A stretch of 32,000 nt of DNA from assembly GCF_900199515.1 (NCBI RefSeq), contig NZ_LT963434.1:1353272-1385271 (forward strand), given 5' to 3'. The stretch is from Massilicoli timonensis. GTDB taxonomy: Bacteria > Bacillota_I > Bacilli_A > Erysipelotrichales > Erysipelotrichaceae. Within the stretch, counting starts at the first letter, position 1. The number at the start of each line of letters is the position of its first letter. This document shows positions 8,442 through 15,594 of the stretch, piece after piece. A program made the position numbers and the translations under genes. Under the pieces are notes generated by a model. The model saw only the letters and a list, made by a program, of their open reading frames with translations, had not been told where the DNA came from and did no database searches.

Positions 8442-8987
8442 ATGAACAAAATTTTAGAAACAGAACGCCTGTATTTACGCAGACTGCATGATGATGACAG
8501 CGATCGTCTTTATGAAATGATGCGTGATCCTAAAACGATGTATGCCTATGAACATGGTTTTTCAAAAGCAGAAACGAAAGAATGGCTGAAACGACAGTTG
8601 GATCGCTATGCCGCTTATGGTTTCGGTTTATGGGCAGTGATCTTAAAGGAAAGCGGAGAGCTGATCGGGCAATGCGGCATTACCATGCAGGACTATCGCG
8701 AACATCAGGTCATGGAAATCGGTTATGTATTTGATCGCCATTTCTGGCAGAATGGCTATGCGGGCGAAGCGGCGTATGCGTGTCGTGAATATGGTTTTGA
8801 AGTGCTGCAAGCCGATGCGCTTTATTCCATGATCCGCGATAACAATCTTGCTTCGATATGTGTTGCCAAGCATAATCAAATGCGATGTGTCGATACGATC
8901 TGCAAGTATTATTATCACATGAACATGCCACACTATGTTTACCGCATTACCAAGCAGGAGTGGCTTTCACTGAAAGAAAAAGCATGA
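8442..8987 (+). CDS. GNAT-family N-acetyltransferase (RimJ/RimL-like)
   Basis: ETERLYLRRLHDDDSDRLYEMMRDP...GFGLWAVILKESGELIGQCGI...EIGYVFDRHFWQNGYAGEAA. Start set at ATG 8442 (MNKILETERL), 6 nt after GGTGA; the ORF track extends to 8391. Confidence 0.8.
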   Translation: MNKILETERLYLRRLHDDDSDRLYEMMRDPKTMYAYEHGFSKAETKEWLKRQLDRYAAYGFGLWAVILKESGELIGQCGITMQDYREHQVMEIGYVFDRHFWQNGYAGEAAYACREYGFEVLQADALYSMIRDNNLASICVAKHNQMRCVDTICKYYYHMNMPHYVYRITKQEWLSLKEKA

Positions 8988-9016
8988 GTTTTTCGCTCAT
9001 GCCTGATGCGCCATTC

Positions 9017-9457
9017 CTACGCGATCATTGTTTTTTCTTTCAGATGATCCAAAAACCTTTTTAGATCAGCCGGGGCGATGCGAATCACATCTGTTCCCAT
9101 TCTGCCGTTTTGCGGATGAAAGGCAATCGCTACGCCATCTACCGCATATTTGCTAAGACAGGTCAATCGTCTGATTTCATGAAATTCTTTGATGTCTTCA
9201 TAACGTAAATGCAAATGCAGGAAGCAGCCGTATTTGATCTCCAGCAAATCTTCCTTGATTACAAACTTGCGATCCAGCATGATCCATACGAATAAAGCGT
9301 CCATGATCCAGATCGACAATAAACCGAACTGTACGATCGAACTGTGCGTGCCGTAATAGCCCATAAAGAACGGACGCATGACGATATATGTTCCAAGCAG
9401 CATGCAGCATGCGCCCAGTATCCAAAATAAATTGATCTTAGATTTATATTTCATCAT
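9017..9457 (-). CDS. Membrane protein with C-terminal bacterial PH-like domain (hypothetical)
   Basis: Two N-terminal TM segments, then VIKEDLLEIKYGCFLHLHLRYEDIKEF...IRIAPAD, reminiscent of DUF304/bPH proteins. GGAGGG precedes the ATGATG at 9457/9454. Confidence 0.45.
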   Translation of the reverse strand: MMKYKSKINLFWILGACCMLLGTYIVMRPFFMGYYGTHSSIVQFGLLSIWIMDALFVWIMLDRKFVIKEDLLEIKYGCFLHLHLRYEDIKEFHEIRRLTCLSKYAVDGVAIAFHPQNGRMGTDVIRIAPADLKRFLDHLKEKTMIA

Positions 9458-9640
9458 ATCCCTCCAAGCCCGTCTATTATAACGTAAATTTCGATAAAAC
9501 ACAAATTGAATCGGGATAGGGATGCCGAAAACCGCTCAACAAAGGTAAAAAAAGGCAGTAACCTGCGGTAAAAACTGACTCCTTTTTTCATGAATTTATA
9601 GTATAATATTCCTGTTATGTCGAGAAAGGTGGGCTATGCT

Positions 9641-10186
9641 ATGTCTGAATATCTGACATTGTTTACAACTTTTTTTAAGCTTGGCGGATTTACCTTCGGC
9701 GGAGGCTATGCGATGCTGCCGCTGATTCAAAAAGAAATCGTAGAAAAACATAAATGGGCGAGCGAAGAAGAGATCATGGATTATTATGCCGTTGCGCAGT
9801 GTACGCCCGGGGTCATCGCGGTCAATGTGGCGACCTTTGTCGGTTTTTATCGAAAAGGCATCTTAGGTGCGATCATCGCGACATTTGGGGTGATCTTCCC
9901 CTCTTTGATCATCATTATGCTGATCGCTTCCCTGCTTCAAAACTTCGCACAGTATCCGATCGTGCAGCATGCTTTGGCAGGCATTCAGATCGCTGTCTGT
10001 GTACTGGTCTTTCAAGCGATCATCAAATTGGCAAAAAACGGGATTCGTGATCAGTTCGGATGGTGCGTATTCGGCGCTGTTCTGCTGCTTTCTTATTTTA
10101 CTTCCGTTTCTACCGTTATGATCGTAGTATTAGCAGGAATCAGCGGGATCGTAATGGTAAAACTGCGGAAAGGAGCATCCGCATGA
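9641..10186 (+). CDS. Chromate transporter family protein (short-chain CHR, first of pair)
   Basis: FFKLGGFTFGGGYAMLPLIQKEIVEKHKW...AQCTPGVIAVNVATFVG is the CHR signature. Start at ATG 9641, 7 nt after AAAGGTGGG. Confidence 0.8.
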   Translation: MSEYLTLFTTFFKLGGFTFGGGYAMLPLIQKEIVEKHKWASEEEIMDYYAVAQCTPGVIAVNVATFVGFYRKGILGAIIATFGVIFPSLIIIMLIASLLQNFAQYPIVQHALAGIQIAVCVLVFQAIIKLAKNGIRDQFGWCVFGAVLLLSYFTSVSTVMIVVLAGISGIVMVKLRKGASA

Positions 10187-10743
10187 GTCAATTATTGTTA
10201 ATGTTCTTTGAATTTTTTAAGGTTGGTTTATTCGCAGTCGGCGGCGGCTTAGCCACCATTCCCTTTTTAACGGAATTAGCAGAGCGCTATCACTGGTTTA
10301 CCATCGAGATGCTTTCCAGCATGATCGCGGTTTCTGAATCGACCCCCGGTCCGATCGGTGTCAATATGGCGACCTATGTCGGTTTTCATATCGGCGGGAT
10401 CATTGGCGGGATCACAACGACGATCGGTCTGGTTGCCCCAAGTGTGATCGTCATCTGCATCGTTGCGAAAATATTAAAGAAATTCAAAGAGAGCGAAGTG
10501 ATACAGTCTCTTTTCTATGGACTTCGTCCTGCGGTTGCGGCATTGATCGTAACTGCCGCATCCGGTATCTTTATCAGCTCTTTGCTTCATATGGATGCTG
10601 ATTCACAAAATCCATTTGCCTATATCAACTATATCGCAGTCGCATTATTTGTTCTTTGTTATTTGATCAATCGTAAATACAAGCCGCACCCGATCTTCAT
10701 CATTTGCTTGATGGCGGTTGTCGGTATCGTATTGCAGCTCTAA
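10183..10743 (+). CDS. Chromate transporter family protein (short-chain CHR, second of pair)
   Basis: FFKVGLFAVGGGLATIPFL...SESTPGPIGVNMATYVG. The ATG at 10183 overlaps the upstream TGA (ATGA), implying translational coupling. The longer ORF-track version (from 10060) lies inside the first gene. Confidence 0.8.
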   Translation: MSQLLLMFFEFFKVGLFAVGGGLATIPFLTELAERYHWFTIEMLSSMIAVSESTPGPIGVNMATYVGFHIGGIIGGITTTIGLVAPSVIVICIVAKILKKFKESEVIQSLFYGLRPAVAALIVTAASGIFISSLLHMDADSQNPFAYINYIAVALFVLCYLINRKYKPHPIFIICLMAVVGIVLQL

Positions 10744-10747
10744 ACAT

Positions 10748-10807
10748 AAAAACACCGTGCTTTTGATCTGATCTTGCTTGTTCAGATACGAAACCGGTGT
10801 TTTCTTT
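10748..10807. terminator. Bidirectional terminator hairpin between convergent chrA and the 228-aa gene
   Basis: AAAACACCG...(inner ATCTGA/TCAGAT stem)...CGGTGTTTT, with T-runs on both strands. Confidence 0.6.
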
Positions 10808-11494
10808 TTATATTTCTACGATATTGCCTTTGCGATCAGCTAAAATCACACTGACATGCAGACGTTCTTTGACATTTTGCGGAATTTCGTTCCATTGACG
10901 GCGATAAGCGATGGAATCGTTAAAAGCAATGCTGTAATGGGTATCCTCCCGATCCATCAGCTTGATCGCTTCTGACAGTTTGACCGGTAACGTCTGTTTT
11001 CTGCCGCGGCGAATGCCTTGCACATTGATCACCCATCTTTTTTCTTCTTTGCTTGCTTCAATACGTTCTTTTTCAATAATGTAGTTCCAACCGTGTTCTT
11101 CCAGCCACCGTGCGATCAGCAGCCCTAAATTTTCAGTATTGTGACGCATCTTCGCTTTGCGCGCCGCTGCTTTTTCTTCTTCACTTTTTGCCGGCCGTCC
11201 GCGCTTTTTATTCGGGAACATCCGTTCACGCCCATCCAGATCACATAAATCAAAGCACACCGTCAAATGGCTCCCAAATCCAGTCGTTCCCTTTGGTCTT
11301 TGCAGGATCTCATCGCCTACCAGCATGCGTTTATAAATAGCTTGGCAGCAAGTAGGCATCGTCGCATGTTCCGGCGATACTTTCGCATGCAGCGCCTTTG
11401 AGGTAATCGTCAGTTTCTTTTCTCCCTTTCGTATCGCTTCTTTTTTTAATTGGTCAATTACGGCTAAGTAATCTTTAATACCCGGACCTTTCAT
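10808..11494 (-). CDS. Hypothetical DNA-binding protein with central AT-hook (KKRGRPAK); the C-terminal half looks weakly Mrr/PD-(D/E)xK-like
   Basis: 228 aa. RGRP core at residues 98-101 (nt 11186-11209), followed by a Lys/Glu-rich linker. In the C-terminal segment, LIARWLEEHGWNYI...RWVINVQGIRRGRK...HYSIAFNDS...VSVILADRKGNI has the order of elements seen in Mrr-type catalytic domains, but no clean D..(E/Q)xK motif. No confident family assignment. Confidence 0.6.
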   Translation of the reverse strand: MKGPGIKDYLAVIDQLKKEAIRKGEKKLTITSKALHAKVSPEHATMPTCCQAIYKRMLVGDEILQRPKGTTGFGSHLTVCFDLCDLDGRERMFPNKKRGRPAKSEEEKAAARKAKMRHNTENLGLLIARWLEEHGWNYIIEKERIEASKEEKRWVINVQGIRRGRKQTLPVKLSEAIKLMDREDTHYSIAFNDSIAYRRQWNEIPQNVKERLHVSVILADRKGNIVEI

Positions 11495-11619
11495 AATTTG
11501 TTCACACTCCTTAATTACTTACATTGTAATCTTCTGCAATGTCGAATGGTACAAAATGCTGTCAGATCCGAAAATAATTGTAATTTTGCGGTATAATAGG
11601 CTTATAAGCAGGTGATAAA

Positions 11620-12660
11620 ATGAATAAGGCGACCGTAAAAGAATTATTGCAGTTTATCGACGATGTCGAAATTAACGGCATTTCTCTAGTTGCATTAAAG
11701 GATGCACTGATGAAGCAGACTCATTTTTCATATGAAACAAATGAGAAAGAACTCGAAGCTTTTTTTCACTTTTTGCTTCGACTTGATCTATTAAAGCAAA
11801 GCGCTGCCGGCATTGATCTGGTGCCCTGTGCTGCCGTTTTTGTACGCAGTCCGCATCATTCTTTATTAGAATCGCTTGCCTTGCTGGAACTGACCTTAAA
11901 AATTCCTTATTACCGGGAGTGCTTTTTTGCTCTTTGCGACGATAATGAACCGATGCCGCTTTATGAGATTCGACACTATCTCAAAGACGATCTGCTGTTT
12001 GATTTATTTTTAGATTCGTCCTTTTATGAACAGCTTGGTGATACTTATCGCATTCAGCCGAACTTGTTGGCTGATATACGTTTACAGATAAAGGAATATG
12101 AAGAACAGGAGGTCCTGCTCTCAACGATCCTTTGCGCACATTATGCCGATTATCTGATCTTTGCACGCAGCCATTCTCTTTCAATGAGAAACGAAGATCT
12201 GGAAATGATCGATTATCCTTTGCGATCGGAAATTTTACGGATCCTGCCGGTGAAAGGCATCCCTAAGGATCGTGAAGTTACCAGAGGCCTGCAGGCTTTT
12301 TACAAGGATACGTTATTCCATGAATTTGATCATCGCTGTCCGCTCTGTCATGCGGAAATCCCACATTTGTTAATTGCCAGTCATATTCGTCCGTTTCGTG
12401 ACTGTGCGCACATTTATGAAACGATTGATTATCAAAACGGGATCTTACTTTGTAAAAATCACGACTTCTTATTTGATCAGGGCTACTTCTCTTTTTTAGA
12501 AAACGGACAGATCATTTTCAGTGAAGCACTATTGAAACATGATCTTTCACATTATCAGCTAGATCCGGATTATCGTTTGCCGATTCGGTATCTGACCGAT
12601 GTCAGAAAGCAGTTTTTGGCCTATCATCTCAACCATATCTTTAATCATGAAAAGGAATGA
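11620..12660 (+). CDS. HNH endonuclease (HNH_2/PF13391-like C-terminal domain) with uncharacterised ~220-aa N-terminal region
   Basis: Residues ~220-300 (nt ~12277-12519) read TRGLQAFYKDTLFHEFDHRCPLCHAEIPHLLIASHIRPFRDC...YQNGILLCKNHDFLFDQGYFSF. This matches the R.GQ..FR...C..C....L.A.HI.P....NG.LL...H..FD.G pattern of restriction-type HNH nucleases. GGTGA RBS and a TGcgGTATAAT -10 lie upstream. Confidence 0.8.
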   Translation: MNKATVKELLQFIDDVEINGISLVALKDALMKQTHFSYETNEKELEAFFHFLLRLDLLKQSAAGIDLVPCAAVFVRSPHHSLLESLALLELTLKIPYYRECFFALCDDNEPMPLYEIRHYLKDDLLFDLFLDSSFYEQLGDTYRIQPNLLADIRLQIKEYEEQEVLLSTILCAHYADYLIFARSHSLSMRNEDLEMIDYPLRSEILRILPVKGIPKDREVTRGLQAFYKDTLFHEFDHRCPLCHAEIPHLLIASHIRPFRDCAHIYETIDYQNGILLCKNHDFLFDQGYFSFLENGQIIFSEALLKHDLSHYQLDPDYRLPIRYLTDVRKQFLAYHLNHIFNHEKE

Positions 12661-12775
12661 ACGATTACTTGTTTTCACATTCCATCTGCCTGCAGGAGCT
12701 GCTTCTCATTATCTGATATTGGCGCTGTCTTGACGTGCTGGATAAAGGTAAGACAGCCTGAGCGATCATAAATAC

Positions 12776-12804
12776 AAAACAGAACAGTTTATCCGTTCTG
12801 TTTT
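12776..12804. terminator. Bidirectional terminator hairpin
   Basis: AAAACAGAAC-agtttatcc-GTTCTGTTTT between the HNH gene (+) and the redox operon (-). Confidence 0.65.
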
Positions 12805-12843
12805 CATGATATCTATTTCATCCTTTTCCTTATCTACCAGGAA

Positions 12844-13443
12844 TCATTTTTGATCGCCATCTATTTTGAGAACACGATATGCACCGCATTCCTGTACTGC
12901 ACGCTCTAAGATCGCATCCTCTACATTCTGATGCAAATATACTTCTATATAGGTTTCACAGAAAACAACCTGTTTTACACCGGCAATCGTTTCCAATGTG
13001 CTCTTGATCTGATCCTTGTCATTTTCACTGTGTATTCCATCAATATCAATCACCTTATAATCCATTCTTTCAATTTTGAAAATAACCGGTCTAGTACCAT
13101 CTGAACAACAGGCTATCATGACACGTTCATCCTTCATCCAGCCTCGCATAATAGAGCCGCCCTGCAAGCCTGTATAAATATAGCGAGAGATCGCATCCCA
13201 TGCTTCTGAACAGTGCGGAAATGCGGCTCCTGCTATCATGCCGCTGCCGGTATACGCCGTTTGCTTCAATGTATTTAATCCCATATGCCAGAAATCATCA
13301 GCTGTACCATAGCGTTCAAAAATAAATTCATCACCTACATGATAGCAGGGACACATGCCTGCATTTTTATCTGCGCAATACTGTTCCTGCAGTTGTGGAT
13401 ATAACTTTTTATCAATAACGGTCAGTTTTACTTTGTGCAGCAT
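12844..13443 (-). CDS. TIGR04076-family domain fused to a C-terminal ferredoxin-like (HMA-like, no CxxC) domain
   Basis: N-terminal ~130 aa: KVKLTVIDKK..MCPCYHVGDEF...HCSEAWDAI...VMIACCSDGTRPVIFKIERMD, matching my memory of TIGR04076 proteins. The C-terminal ~65 aa (YKVIDIDGIHSENDKDQIKSTLETIAGVKQVV...) has a beta-alpha-beta-beta-alpha-beta HMA-like layout but lacks the metal-binding Cys pair. AAGGAGG RBS, 3 nt after the nitroreductase stop. Confidence 0.55.
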   Translation of the reverse strand: MLHKVKLTVIDKKLYPQLQEQYCADKNAGMCPCYHVGDEFIFERYGTADDFWHMGLNTLKQTAYTGSGMIAGAAFPHCSEAWDAISRYIYTGLQGGSIMRGWMKDERVMIACCSDGTRPVIFKIERMDYKVIDIDGIHSENDKDQIKSTLETIAGVKQVVFCETYIEVYLHQNVEDAILERAVQECGAYRVLKIDGDQK

Positions 13444-13446
13444 TAT

Positions 13447-13980
13447 TCAGTCCTCCTTGACATAAAAAACTCTGTTTTCTTTTCTCGGTGCTGCTTTCGG
13501 GTAATTTCCTTCTACATACCCAATCGCACAGTGTCCGATGCCTTCATATGCACCCTCGATTCCCAGTGAGCGCAAGAAGTTTTTTCCCCATTCCGTTTCA
13601 AATTCTTCTTTTGCCCTATGGATCCAACAGCTTCCGATTCCTAACGCATGTGCCGCAAGCATTAAATTCCCCATAACAAGACTGCCATCATACACACGAT
13701 TCGGCCAGTCTTTTTTTGCAAGGACGATCAGCATTGCCGGTGCGCCGTAAAACGGATCAAAGCCTTTTTTCCAACCGCCGATTTCCGCATTTAGCGCCGC
13801 AATTTCATCTCTTACTTTTTTATTTGTAACTTGAATGATGATCGTGTTCTGATACCCCATTCCATTTGCGGCATATAGTCCGGCTTCAATGATCTGATCG
13901 AGAATTTCCTGCGGTATCTTATCCTGTTTATATTTGCGGATACTTCTTCTTTCTTTCATTGCGCTTAATACATTACTCAT
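13447..13980 (-). CDS. Nitroreductase family protein
   Basis: RRSIRKYKQDKIPQEILDQIIEAGLYAANGMGYQ...GIGSCWI is the nitroreductase fold signature. Start set at ATG 13980, 7 nt after GGAGGA; the ORF-track start at 13995 is a TTG within the RBS. Confidence 0.85.
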   Translation of the reverse strand: MSNVLSAMKERRSIRKYKQDKIPQEILDQIIEAGLYAANGMGYQNTIIIQVTNKKVRDEIAALNAEIGGWKKGFDPFYGAPAMLIVLAKKDWPNRVYDGSLVMGNLMLAAHALGIGSCWIHRAKEEFETEWGKNFLRSLGIEGAYEGIGHCAIGYVEGNYPKAAPRKENRVFYVKED

Positions 13981-13995
13981 TTTTATTTCCTCCAA

Positions 13996-14562
13996 TCAAT
14001 ATTGCATATCAAATCCACTGACGATCCGTTCTGCATACATTTCCCCTGCTGCGACAAGTGCAGGAAGCATGTATTCTTTGTTATAACGGATAACAGGGAT
14101 ACGATCATAGGCGCGCATGCCCATGTTCTTCAGCGTTTCTTCCATATTATGCAGACACTCGATTGCGCCTAGTCCTGTACCGCCTGCACAGGCGATCAAA
14201 ATACATCGTTTCCCGCTCAGAAAATGATTATGTGCGGTTTCACATCTGCGAAGCCTATCAAGAAAAGCTTTCATACATTCTGTTATATCATGCCAATATA
14301 CGGCCGATACCAATACAATTCCATCTGCCTGCACCAATTTTTCATATACATTTGAAAAGTCGTCCTTTTTCCAGCACTGCCCAGTTACAGCACAGCTTCC
14401 CCAGCCTCTGCCACAGGCCTCACAATGCTCTATTTGAAGCTTATTTAGATGAATTTCCTCAATCTTTGCATCTGTTTTTTGCAGCCCCGATAAAAATTGA
14501 TCTTTTGCAGCGGCTGTCAGTCCATCTGTATTAGGGCTCGACCATAATACTGCGATCTTCAT
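13996..14562 (-). CDS. Flavodoxin-like NAD(P)H-dependent FMN reductase / iron-sulfur flavoprotein-like protein
   Basis: MKIAVLWSSPNTDGLTA...CEACGRGWGSCAVTGQCWKKDDF...ADGIVLVSAVYWHDI. Flavodoxin-like fold with a Cys cluster, as in Isf-type flavoproteins. Confidence 0.7.
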   Translation of the reverse strand: MKIAVLWSSPNTDGLTAAAKDQFLSGLQKTDAKIEEIHLNKLQIEHCEACGRGWGSCAVTGQCWKKDDFSNVYEKLVQADGIVLVSAVYWHDITECMKAFLDRLRRCETAHNHFLSGKRCILIACAGGTGLGAIECLHNMEETLKNMGMRAYDRIPVIRYNKEYMLPALVAAGEMYAERIVSGFDMQY

Positions 14563-14741
14563 CCTCAATCCACCATCCTCTCTAAATTTTCTTCCTATTC
14601 AAACACCAAACAAATAGCATCTGTTTTTCATAACAGTTATGCGCTTATTTCATTTTCCATTCCTCCTAAATACCTTGCTTTTTTATAAATAAAATGTATC
14701 ATAGTAATATATTGATAACAAGTACGATATTTTATTGCAGA

Positions 14742-14761
14742 TACTATACTTTTGTATAGTA
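14742..14761. promoter_or_regulatory. Perfect 8-bp inverted repeat TACTATAC-tttt-GTATAGTA (candidate HxlR-family operator)
   Basis: Read directly from the sequence. It lies 20 nt upstream of the hxlR-like start, in the divergent intergenic region. A related TGTAT(C)ATAGTAATAT element recurs at ~14696-14711. Confidence 0.45.
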
Positions 14762-14781
14762 ATATCATTAGGAGAACTATT

Positions 14782-15144
14782 ATGAAAAAACAAAACTTAC
14801 AGGAAGAAAAAAGTGTTTTCGCTGCTAATGGAATAAAAAATACAGGATTTTATTATACGAAATCTTTGATACAGGGAAAATATAAACTGCCTATTTTGTA
14901 TTGCCTACAACTGAATGGACCTACTCGCTACAACGAATTATTAAGGAAGATGGAAACCGCGACCTATCGTTCCTTAACAAAGGCTTTGAAAGAATTAGAA
15001 GCGGACGGTCTGATTATCCGCAAAGATTACGGCGAAATACCTCCAAGAGTCGAATACAGTCTTTCCCCTCGCGGCAAAACACTTGAGCCTGTACTCGATG
15101 CTTTCTGTCATTGGGGACAAGATCACAAAGACGATATATTTTGA
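14782..15144 (+). CDS. HxlR-family (MarR/DUF24) winged-helix transcriptional regulator
   Basis: GKYKLPILYCLQLNGPTRYNELLRKMETATYRSLTKALKELEADGLIIRKDYGEIPPRVEYSLSPRGKTLEPVL. Start at ATG 14782, 7 nt after AGGAGA. Confidence 0.85.
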   Translation: MKKQNLQEEKSVFAANGIKNTGFYYTKSLIQGKYKLPILYCLQLNGPTRYNELLRKMETATYRSLTKALKELEADGLIIRKDYGEIPPRVEYSLSPRGKTLEPVLDAFCHWGQDHKDDIF

Positions 15145-15209
15145 TTATAACCGGGAAAAGATCCCCTTTCACTTCTAAAAAACCTTGATCATGTGCAGAT
15201 AGCCTCCGC

Positions 15210-15359
15210 CTATATCGGCAAAGTAAGGCTTACCGGTGCCGTGTTTTTATCTGTAAGATAAGTACGATCATAAAGAAAAGAATATCCTACATCCGTTTCC
15301 TTCAAAGTTCCGGCAAAGCTATCCCGAACATAAACATATGCGATTCTATATGCTTCCAT
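15210..15359 (-). pseudogene. hipA toxin remnant (N-terminal ~49 codons only, ends in TAG)
   Basis: Below the ORF-track size cutoff. My translation MEAYRIAYVYVRDSFAGTLKETDVGYSFLYDRTYLTDKNTAPVSLTLPI* matches the HipA N-terminal 'couple_hipA' pattern (V...G..aG.L.....gY.F.Yd..Y.......p.SL.LP). No kinase domain follows. Confidence 0.6.
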
Positions 15360-15535
15360 TACGCATCCTTCTTTCCGGGAACCGCCTCCATATCAAACAT
15401 AGAAAGAGCTTGATTCACTTTATCCATCCGCACTGTTTCTTTTCCTTGTTCAAGCTCGCGAACAAAGCGAAGCCACAAAATAGCCTTTTCTTCGCAGCAA
15501 ATATTTGTATCTGTATATCCTGTGATAGAGCATCT
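15359..15535 (-). pseudogene. hipB-like (Xre-type) antitoxin remnant, 5'-truncated
   Basis: Open frame ...EEKAILWLRFVRELEQGKETVRMDKVNQALSMFDMEAVPGKKDA*. Its TAA overlaps the hipA-fragment ATG (TAATG). There is no start codon or HTH N-terminus, and the frame is closed by TAA at 15538-15536. Confidence 0.45.
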
Positions 15536-15562
15536 TTATCTCAAAAAATTTTAATTATACAT

Positions 15563-15592
15563 AAAAAAGAAGGAACCTATGCTCCTTCTTCT
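15563..15592 (-). terminator. Rho-independent terminator after divIC
   Basis: Minus strand AGAAGGAGC-atag-GTTCCTTCT followed by TTTTT. Confidence 0.7.
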
Positions 15593-15594
15593 CG

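Noticed and set aside
10060-10182. Long N-terminal extension of the second chrA ORF (227 aa in track)
   Set aside because: The extension lies inside the first chrA gene in another frame and is Arg-rich nonsense. The conserved CHR sequence starts at ATG 10183, overlapping the upstream stop.
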